Positions 1 to 7,136 of a DNA stretch of 22,422 nt are shown here, piece after piece. The translations under genes were made by a program, and so were the position numbers. Each line of letters starts with the position of its first letter. Position 1 is the first letter of the stretch. Source of the DNA: Candidatus Hydrogenedentota bacterium. Lineage in GTDB: Bacteria > Hydrogenedentota > Hydrogenedentia > Hydrogenedentales > SLHB01. Where the stretch lies: the NCBI GenBank assembly GCA_963668025.2, contig CAXXTH010000007.1:1-22422 (forward strand). The letters are read 5' to 3'. The notes beneath the pieces are model-generated. The model was not told the DNA's origin. It saw nothing but the letters and a program-made list of their open reading frames with translations, and made no database searches.

Positions 1-1
1 T

Positions 2-144
2 ACAAAATGATCCTTGATCACCAGATAAAAGGGATGTGAGAGTCCGTGGCATGGGCGTCCCGCCCATGCACATGGCCGGGACGGCCATGCCACGAGAAGT
101 GCATATCTTTTTTTCTCTTATCCGGCGATTTGGGATCATTTTGT
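2..144. repeat. MITE-like element bounded by ~30-bp imperfect inverted repeats
   Basis: 2-31 ACAAAATGATCCTTGATCACCAGATAAAAG versus the reverse complement of 115-144 ACAAAATGATCCCAAATCGCCGGATAAGAG: 24/30 identical, outer 12 bp perfect. Non-coding; the left flank is cut by the window edge. Confidence 0.6.
45..94. repeat. REP-like doublet (two inverted GC-rich hairpin units)
   Basis: CGTGGCATGGGCGTCCCGCCCATG-CA-CATGGCCGGGACGGCCATGCCACG. Each half is a hairpin and the halves are near reverse complements. Confidence 0.8.
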
Positions 145-165
145 GTCTCTTGCGCCTCTTGTGGT
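141..165 (+). repeat. 9-bp-period short tandem repeat ending in GTGGT
   Basis: TTGTGTCTC TTGCGCCTC TTGTGGT; same architecture as the repeats at 1684-1709 and 22194-22252. Confidence 0.5.
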
Positions 166-241
166 CAATTCTAGTTTTTTTTATGTGATTGCCCTGTCCA
201 GTATACTGATATTGATATTGTGAAATGATTGGCATGTTGTA

Positions 242-1488
242 TCATTGTCTTCCCAATACCACTAATTTGCCTTGGCCCGGTTCGAGATGCACCTCCCATA
301 CATAGACATCATCGGCCGCATCCGTCTTCGAAGCCGCCAGACGCTCCATCTTCATGGCGTTCCGGGCGGCCCGTGTTCGGGTTGAGCACTCTCACGTGTT
401 TCTTTTGCGAAACGCGATCTGTGATTCGCACGGTTTGCTCAGGCTCCGGTTCACGAACATGGCGTATTTTTTGCCCTTGTCCGATTCAAAGCATCCGATT
501 ACGAACTCTCCACCCTTCATCCACGCCACAGGCCCATTCTGGCCGGAAGAGCGGTTGCAGCAGGCGGCACGGGCGCGGTGTGATAGACTGCCGTCGATTT
601 CAATTGGCCTAAGATCGGCGCAAGCGCATTCACTTCCGCATTGATGCGCTTCGCATAATAATACTTGCTCGTAGGAGTGCCGTCCCACCGCACCAGCGCT
701 TCTCCCCATCCTTCATAATCCTTCGATCCTGGCGGCGGGGTCATATAGGTAAAATAGGCCAAGCTTTCGCCCCGTACGCAAGCGACGTAAACACCTGCCA
801 CCGCAAATCCGCTTCGGAGGGATCCCGGTAGTCAAAGTGCGGGATCGACAGGAAAATATTGTTGAAAGGTATATTATACTTCAAGGCCTGTCGGCGGATG
901 CTCTCAAGATTAATCGAAGTAGCCATCGGTGGCGTCGTGGTCCTTAAAAAGAACATACCGGTCGTAACTGAGCAGATCGGGCTTATTTGTCTTGATATAA
1001 TGCTCGACGTTTTCTTCATAAGGCCCCCATGCGAAACTGGGCAGCAGATTGGTGAAAACCGGATGCGCGCCATCCGCTTCCGCACCGCCGCCGCACTCCC
1101 GGCCAGCCAAGTTTCAATCGCATCGGCTGCCATTGGCTCATCCCACAGCAGATATCCCCACAGCGCGGGATGGTTTTTCACCGCCTTCACCCGTTCAATC
1201 AGTTGGGTGTAGTCTGAATAGTTTTCCTTATTATAGAGGCCTTGTAGGCTAATAATTGCCTTGATGCCGCTCTCTTGCAGAGGTCCAAGCCTTGAAGCAT
1301 GTTTTCGAGTTTCTGCTCGCCAATAACCGTAGTATTGAATCCCGCTGCTGCAATGCCATCGAACACTTCCTTGCGAAATTGCTCCTGCCCTGGCCCCCAC
1401 CAGTGCCATATCAGAATGTCCTGGGCCATCGCCTGCCCCCAGAAAACAACAAGCATACGGTGGCTACAACGCCTATTCGTTTCAGCAT
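242..1488 (-). CDS. Secreted glycoside hydrolase-like (TIM-barrel, clan GH-A-like) protein, broken by about 8 frameshifts (probably sequencing errors)
   Basis: Stitched across frames: ATG 1488 with SD AAAGGA; signal peptide MLKRIGVVATVCL..AMAQ; then IAAAGFN, HPALWGYLLWDEP, PVFTNLLP, PDLLSYDRY, LRWQVFTSLAYGAK, LAYFTY, YAMFVNR, ending LEPGQGKLVVLGRQ* (TGA 242-244). ORF-track fragments 1199-1456, 741-1409, 910-1110, 517-801 and 392-709 are pieces of this one gene. Confidence 0.75.
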
Positions 1489-1678
1489 GACCAGATCCTT
1501 TCCTTTGCTTTCATGGAGCATCCCATGCAAACGATAAAATCGTATCATTTTAGGTGGATGAAGCGAAAGCAGCTTTTTCAGGACAGGATTGAGTTGCAGT
1601 ATAGGGAAGATTCCCAAACTACACGGCAATGGACAGCTTCTGTCGAAATGCGTTCTTTTCAGCCCATTTGATGCAACA

Positions 1679-1758
1679 AATTTCTCTGTGCTCTCTGTGT
1701 CTCTGTGGTGAAAATATACGATTATTCACCACAGAGACACAGAGAGCACAGAGAAATT
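1679..1758. repeat. Perfect 34-bp inverted repeat made of 8-9-bp units; possible terminator or processing hairpin downstream of pyrC
   Basis: 1679-1712 AATTTCTCTGTGCTCTCTGTGTCTCTGTGGTGAA is the exact reverse complement of 1725-1758; 12-nt loop. Confidence 0.9.
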
Positions 1759-1790
1759 CGATTGGTTATGGCTCACGCAAAGCATGGCCC

Positions 1791-3071
1791 TCACGCGCAG
1801 CGCCACACACTCGTCCATCGCACAGCGTGGCCTTGACTTGGCCCCGCACGTGCATGTCCGCGAATGGCGTATTGCGGCCCTTGCTCGCGATTGTTCCGGA
1901 TCTATGGTCCATTGGCTTCGGGATCGAATACGGTAATATCTGCTGGGCCGCCCTCCACGAGTCGTCCGGCGGGCAGATCGAGAATTTTCGCAGGCGACCA
2001 TGTCATCAGTTCGACCGCCCGTTCGAGCGAAAGGGCATGTGTTTCCACCAGCCCTGTGATAGCCAGCGCCAGCGCCGTTTCAAGCCCTACGATGCCGAAA
2101 GGCGCAAGCTGGAATTCCACGTCTTTCTCGGTGGGCGTATGGGGCGCGTGATCCGTGGCGATGCAATCAATCGTGCCATCGGCAAGGCCGTGTTTGATGG
2201 CTTCCGTGTCGGCGAAAGAACGCAGAGGCGGATTCATTTTTGCGTTAGGGCCATAAACGCTCCACGGCGTCATCCGTCAGCGTCCAGTAATGCGGGGCGG
2301 TTTCACACGTCACGGCAAGGCCCTTGTGGCCTTGGCCTTGGCGCGAGCGCACAATATACGACGCCTTCAGCCGTGCTCACATGGCAGATATGCACTTTTG
2401 CGCCCGCCAATTCCGCCAAGCGAATCACCCGGTCGATGGCGATTTCTTCCATGGCCTTGGGCATGCCAGGCAGGCCCAGCCGCGTCGAATGGAAGCCTTC
2501 ATTCATGGCCCCGCCATCCATGAGCGAGGCGTCTTCCGCATGGGCCAGATAGGTGAAGCCCACCATATGGGCATATTCGAGCACCCGGCGCATGACCCAA
2601 CTGCTGGCGATGTCGCTGCCGTCGTCCGTGACAGCCACCGCGCCCGTCGCCTTAAGGGCGGCCATTTCCGTCATCTCAGCACCCGCCCGGCCTTTGGTCG
2701 CGGCGGCGGCGGGCCACACCTTGATGCAGGCCGTTTCGCGGGCGCGCCGGTTATGCAGTTCGACCATGCCGCCGTTGTCGATGGGCGGGCTTGTATTGGG
2801 CATGACGACCACGGAAGTATATCCGCCGCGTGCAGCGGCGCGGCTGCCCGTGGCGATGGTTTCTTTCGACTCGAAACCCGGTTCCCGCAAATGGACATGG
2901 ATATCCACGAAACCGGGGCATACGACACAGCCCTCCGCATCGAGCACATTATCGCCTTCGAGGCCCGCGCCGATTTGGGCGATCACCCCCCATATCCACG
3001 AGCACATCGCGCACTTCGTTCAAGCCCGAGGCCGGGTCAATCACATGTCCGTTTTTAATGACGAGGCTCAT
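1791..3071 (-). CDS. pyrC: Dihydroorotase (type I), with several frameshifts in this assembly
   Basis: ATG 3071 [13 protein letters not shown]; motifs [69 protein letters not shown]. Indels near 2990 (G6 run), 2250-2360, 1890-1915 and about 1805. Stop is at 1791 or 1766 depending on the last indel. Confidence 0.92.
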
Positions 3072-3094
3072 CCCGTACTCCGCTGTCTGGCCGG

Positions 3095-4084
3095 TTACGC
3101 CGGTTCAAAAGTTGGTTTGTTGACCAGGAGATGCATGATGGCCATACGCACGGCCACGCCGTTGGTTACTTGTTCGAGGATGACATTGCGCGGCCCATCC
3201 GCCACCTCGGCGGACAGCTCGAAATCGCGGTTGATCGGGCCGGGGTGCATGACAATGGCATGCTTCGGCGCAAACTCGAGCGACTCGTTATCAATGCGGA
3301 ACAGCCGCACATATTCGCCGATGCTCGGAAACAGGCACTTTTGCTGCCGTTCAAGCTGGATGCGCAGCGAATAGATCACATCGGCTCCCGAGATAGCCTC
3401 GCGCAAATCCGTTGTCACGTCGCATCCCATTTCCGAGATACGCGCTGGCAGCAGGGTGCTGGGCCCGCACACCACGACCCGCGCGCCTAACTTGCGCAGG
3501 CACCAGATGTTGCTCCGCGCCACACGGCTGTGGGCGATATCGCCCACGATGGCGACGCGCATGCCATCCAGCGTGGCTTTCGGATCATGCCGGGTGCGGC
3601 GGACGTGTTGCAGCATCGTAAATGCATCAAGAAGGGCCTGGGTGGGATGCTCGTGCGCGCCGTCGCCCGCGTTGATGATCCCCGAGGGATGCCGTTCCGC
3701 CAATAGCTTCGCTGCTCCCGCGTAGCTGTGGCGAATCACTACGATGTCGCTGTGCATCGCCTCGATGTTGTAGAGCGTATCATGCAGCGTTTCACCCTTC
3801 TTAGCGCTCGATACGGCCACATTCATGGTCAGCGTGTCGGCGCTCAAGCGTTTGGCCGCCAGCTCGAACGAGGTGCGCGTCCGCGTGCTGGGCTCGAAAA
3901 ACCAATTCACCACCAAGCGGCCTTGCAGGAGGGGCACCTTCTTGATGCCGCTTTCCCGCTTCGATACCGCCACAAACTGGGGAGCCGTATCGAGAATCAT
4001 CTCGATTTCGCCGCGGGAAAGATCCTCGATGCCTACGAGATCCTTGCGGGTCCACACCCGTGTCAACGGCTGCGTGCCAGCCAT
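3095..4084 (-). CDS. pyrB: Aspartate carbamoyltransferase catalytic subunit
   Basis: FFEPSTRTRTSFE, KKGETL, NAGDGAHEHPTQALLD, GDIAHSRVARSN, LRIQLER, MHPGPINR. Start placed at ATG 4084 (SD GGAAGGGAG) rather than at 4177, which lies inside pyrR. Confidence 0.97.
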   Translation of the reverse strand: MAGTQPLTRVWTRKDLVGIEDLSRGEIEMILDTAPQFVAVSKRESGIKKVPLLQGRLVVNWFFEPSTRTRTSFELAAKRLSADTLTMNVAVSSAKKGETLHDTLYNIEAMHSDIVVIRHSYAGAAKLLAERHPSGIINAGDGAHEHPTQALLDAFTMLQHVRRTRHDPKATLDGMRVAIVGDIAHSRVARSNIWCLRKLGARVVVCGPSTLLPARISEMGCDVTTDLREAISGADVIYSLRIQLERQQKCLFPSIGEYVRLFRIDNESLEFAPKHAIVMHPGPINRDFELSAEVADGPRNVILEQVTNGVAVRMAIMHLLVNKPTFEPA

Positions 4085-4103
4085 CTGCGCGCTCCCTTCC
4101 GTG

Positions 4104-4679
4104 CTATGAGGCCGAAGCGGCCCGTTCCAGCAACACCATATCCTCCCCATCGGTCTCGATAAGCCGCACCGAGACATGGTCCGCCTCGGATGTGGCCAGC
4201 GGCCAGCCCAGGAAATCCGCTTGAATCGGCAATTCCCGCAGCCCTCGATCCACCAAGCAGGCTAACCGGATGCGGGCAGGCCGGCCATAATCCATGATCT
4301 CGTCCAAGGCGGCACGCGTGGTGCGGCCCGTAGACAATACGTCATCCACAATCACGACGGTTTTGCCATCTACGTCGAAATCGAAGTGGGTGCCCGTGCC
4401 GCCCGTAAAACCTGCCGTGCGGCCTGAACGCAAGTCGTCCCGGTACAAACGCGTCGAAAGCGAGCCTACCGCAGGGGCCACTCCGGCCATTTCGCCGATA
4501 TGCGCCGCAATACGGTCGGCCAGAGGCCGCCCCCGGCTCAATACGCCCAGCAGCACCAGCGCATGGATATCCGCTGTCGAGGCGGCAATCTCCTGGGCCA
4601 GCCTGCGAATGGCGCCAGCCACGGCTGTTGCATCCATCACTATGGTATGTTCCGGCTCTTTGTGGAGTGTATCATCCAT
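4104..4679 (-). CDS. pyrR: PyrR-family pyrimidine regulator / uracil phosphoribosyltransferase
   Basis: LYRDDL, PRPP loop VVIVDDVLSTGRT, GRP, LVDRGLRELPIQAD; sits directly upstream of pyrB. Start at 4679 (or 4637); the ORF-track start at 4736 lies in the leader terminator. Confidence 0.93.
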   Translation of the reverse strand: MDDTLHKEPEHTIVMDATAVAGAIRRLAQEIAASTADIHALVLLGVLSRGRPLADRIAAHIGEMAGVAPAVGSLSTRLYRDDLRSGRTAGFTGGTGTHFDFDVDGKTVVIVDDVLSTGRTTRAALDEIMDYGRPARIRLACLVDRGLRELPIQADFLGWPLATSEADHVSVRLIETDGEDMVLLERAASAS

Positions 4680-4719
4680 CGCTATATAGCCCGCCCGCGC
4701 GGCCAAATGCCCACCGCTC

Positions 4720-4755
4720 AAAAAAAACGCCCTCATCGCATCGCGCCATGAGGAC
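4720..4755 (-). terminator. Intrinsic terminator in the pyr operon leader (putative attenuator)
   Basis: Minus strand GUCCUCAU-ggcgcgaugcg-AUGAGGGC-G-UUUUUUUU, between the promoter and the pyrR start. Confidence 0.75.
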
Positions 4756-4816
4756 TTTTTCCGGCCTTCGTGTAAGCATTCTTGCCGTTGCGCCTTTCTG
4801 TTGCCCGGTTGACGTG

Positions 4817-4845
4817 ATTCTATCAGCCGACCTTCATACAGTCAA
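4817..4845 (-). promoter_or_regulatory. sigma70-type promoter of pyrR-pyrB-pyrC
   Basis: TTGACT-N17-TAGAAT on the minus strand; gives a leader of about 130 nt. Confidence 0.75.
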
Positions 4846-4904
4846 TGGTTTCATCTTTTTTACCCCAGATGTTTTATTTTAACAATACAGACAACGCCAG
4901 GCGT

Positions 4905-4933
4905 TTGAATCCAGAGCGCGATTTATCTATACT
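4905..4933 (+). promoter_or_regulatory. sigma70-type promoter of tRNA-His
   Basis: TTGAAT-N17-TATACT, ending 47 bp upstream of the tRNA, with an AT-rich stretch upstream. Confidence 0.7.
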
Positions 4934-4980
4934 ATCTCCCGACCCGGGCTTGGTTTTCCAAGCTTGCCGGGCGCACATGG

Positions 4981-5057
4981 GCCGGGATAGCTCAGTTGGT
5001 TAGAGCGCTGGATTGTGGATCCAGAGGTCGACAGTTCAACCCTGTCTCCCGGTACCA
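4981..5057 (+). tRNA. tRNA-His (GTG) with encoded CCA
   Basis: Acceptor GCCGGGA/TCCCGGT, D-arm GCTC..GAGC, anticodon arm CTGGA-TTGTGGA-TCCAG, T-arm GACAG-TTCAACC-CTGTC, then A-CCA. Confidence 0.97.
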
Positions 5058-5079
5058 TCCCTCGATGGCGCTCGATGAT

Positions 5080-6048
5080 ATGAAAATATTGGTAACGGGA
5101 GCCGGTGGTTTTATCGGCCATCATCTGGTTATAGCGCTCAAATCGTGCGGGCATTGGGTGCGGGGTGTGGATATCAAACATCCCGAATTCGAAGCCAGCG
5201 CCGCCGATGAATTCCATATCCTAGACCTGCGTAAAGAAGAAAATGCCCTCCGCGCGACGGAATCCATCGAACAAGCCTACCATCTCGCCGCGAATATGGG
5301 CGGCATCGGATTTATCGAACAGAACAAGGGCGTCATAGTCCGCGACAATACCTTGATCAACATTCACACCATTGAAGCGGCGCGTGTGAATGGCGTGGGC
5401 CGTTTTCTCTACACCTCCAGCGCCTGCATTTATCCCGGATATAAGCAGAAAGAGGCGGCTCTAACCCCCTTGAAAGAATCCGACGCCTATCCCGCCGACG
5501 CCGAAGATGGGTATGGCTGGGAAAAGCTCTACATGGAGCGCACCTGCCGCCATTACCGCGAAGATTTCGGGCTCGATACGCGGACTGTGCGTTTTCATAA
5601 TATATTCGGCCCTCTCGGCACATATGACGGCGGGCGTGAGAAAGCCCCAGCGGCGCTTTGCCGCAAAATTGCACTCGTCGCAGATGGCGGCGAGATCGAA
5701 CTGTGGGGCGATGGCGAACAAACACGCAGTTTTTGTTATATCGATGATTGCGTGGCGGGCCTGATGAAGCTTATGAATTCGGATTTTCATGATCCGCTTA
5801 ATCTTGGCCAGGACCGCATGGTCACGATCAATGAACTCGCCTATATGGTGGCCAGTGCGGCGGGCAAACGCATCCACATCCGGCATGAAATGGACCGCCC
5901 GCTGGGCGTGCGAGGCCGCAATAGCGATAATACGCTGTTGCGGGAAATCCTTGGATGGGAGCCCGCGATCTCGCTCGAGGAGGGCATCCGCCGCACCTAC
6001 GAATGGATTCACGGGCAGCTTATGCTCACGGGCAAGCTTACGGCCTAA
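5080..6048 (+). CDS. NAD-dependent epimerase/dehydratase, GDP-mannose 3,5-epimerase (GME)-like
   Basis: MKILVTGAGGFIG Rossmann motif, LAANMGGIGFI, SSACIYP, YGWEK (YxxxK), RFHNIFGP, EKAPAALCRK, GVRGRNSDN. Start at 5080 or 5065. Confidence 0.9.
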   Translation: MKILVTGAGGFIGHHLVIALKSCGHWVRGVDIKHPEFEASAADEFHILDLRKEENALRATESIEQAYHLAANMGGIGFIEQNKGVIVRDNTLINIHTIEAARVNGVGRFLYTSSACIYPGYKQKEAALTPLKESDAYPADAEDGYGWEKLYMERTCRHYREDFGLDTRTVRFHNIFGPLGTYDGGREKAPAALCRKIALVADGGEIELWGDGEQTRSFCYIDDCVAGLMKLMNSDFHDPLNLGQDRMVTINELAYMVASAAGKRIHIRHEMDRPLGVRGRNSDNTLLREILGWEPAISLEEGIRRTYEWIHGQLMLTGKLTA

Positions 6049-7053
6049 TCATTGATAGGTATTGAGATCCAGGCTGGCCCGAGGCGTAGTGCGCCAATCT
6101 CCGGGAGGCAGGCCATTGGCCATGCGCGAATGAGCCGCGGCGGCGATCATAGCCCCATTGTCCATGCATAATGGTATGCCCGGCATGTGGACGGGGACGC
6201 CCAATTCCGCTTTCAACCGTTCCCGCAACAACCGGTTCGCCGCCACGCCGCCCGCCAACACCAATCGCTTCGCCCCGCTTTGCCGCAAGGCCAGTTTGGT
6301 TTTTATCAGCAGCACATCCACGGCGGCATATTGGAAACTGGCCGCCAAATCCGCCAAACGGCTTGAGGCTTGTTCCTCTCCCAATTCACGCAAGGTATAC
6401 AGCACGGCCGTCTTAAGGCCGCTATAACTGAAATCGAGCGTTTCCGTGTTTGCCATGCCGCGCGGGAAGGGGAACGCCTTTGGATTTCCGCCTTCGGCCG
6501 CCCGCTGGATGGATGGCCCCCCGGGATACGGCAAACTCAACAATCGCGCGGCTTTATCAAAACACTCACCTATGGCGTCATCCCGCGTTGAACCCAGCGT
6601 CTCATAACAGTGCGGCTTAGGAATCCAGATAAGGCACGTATGGCCGCCGCTCACCACAAGCGATAAGAAAGGGTACTCAGGCGGCGTATCCGTATCTAGA
6701 AAAGACGATAGTATATGCCCTTCGATGTGGTGGACAGGTATGAAAGGCAGTTTCCACGCGTATGCAAGGGATTTGGCGAAATTAACCCCAACCAACAAAG
6801 AACCCATGAGCCCTGGGCCGCAGGTGGCCGCTATGGCGTCAATCTGCACACATGCCGCATCCAGCGCTGTTTGGGCAAACTGCGAAATGCACTCCGTATG
6901 ATGGCGTGAGGCAATCTCTGGCACGACTCCGCCGAACGGGGCATGTATGGCTATTTGCGACGCCACTTCATTGGCCAGAATATGGCGGCCATCGCGTACA
7001 ATGGCGACGCCGGTCTCATCGCAAGAAGTTTCAATTCCTAGTATGCAGCTCAT
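6049..7053 (-). CDS. tsaD: tRNA N6-adenosine threonylcarbamoyltransferase
   Basis: ILGIETSCDET, GGVVPEIASRHH, GPGL, HHIEGH, VSGGHT, DDAIGECFDK, FSYSGLKT, AGGVAAN, DNGAMIA. Confidence 0.97.
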   Translation of the reverse strand: MSCILGIETSCDETGVAIVRDGRHILANEVASQIAIHAPFGGVVPEIASRHHTECISQFAQTALDAACVQIDAIAATCGPGLMGSLLVGVNFAKSLAYAWKLPFIPVHHIEGHILSSFLDTDTPPEYPFLSLVVSGGHTCLIWIPKPHCYETLGSTRDDAIGECFDKAARLLSLPYPGGPSIQRAAEGGNPKAFPFPRGMANTETLDFSYSGLKTAVLYTLRELGEEQASSRLADLAASFQYAAVDVLLIKTKLALRQSGAKRLVLAGGVAANRLLRERLKAELGVPVHMPGIPLCMDNGAMIAAAAHSRMANGLPPGDWRTTPRASLDLNTYQ

Positions 7054-7100
7054 GATTTCCTACTTCGTACATTGGTTTAACAAGCCAAACACAAAATCGT

Positions 7101-7122
7101 GTAGGGTGGGGCTTGCCCCACC
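7101..7122 (+). repeat. GTAG-type REP sequence
   Basis: GTAG followed by the perfect hairpin GGTGGGGC-TT-GCCCCACC; intergenic. Confidence 0.75.
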
Positions 7123-7136
7123 GCTCAAGAGATCGT

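Noticed and set aside
1510-1552. Short palindromes upstream of the GH-like gene as an operator
   Set aside because: Arms of only about 5 bp; expected by chance.
242-3071. Programmed frameshifting or phase variation in pyrC and the GH-like gene
   Set aside because: Too many scattered indels, mostly not in long slippery tracts; assembly error is simpler.
1629-3374. Long plus-strand ORFs (307, 244 and 273 aa)
   Set aside because: Antisense shadows of pyrC/pyrB in GC-rich DNA with no recognisable motifs.
5030-5057. tRNA-His as an integration site for an island
   Set aside because: I found no duplicate of the tRNA 3' end and no integrase in the window, and core genes follow.
4996-5064. ORF-track N-terminal extension of the epimerase
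   Set aside because: It runs through the tRNA-His gene; the real start is at 5065 or 5080.
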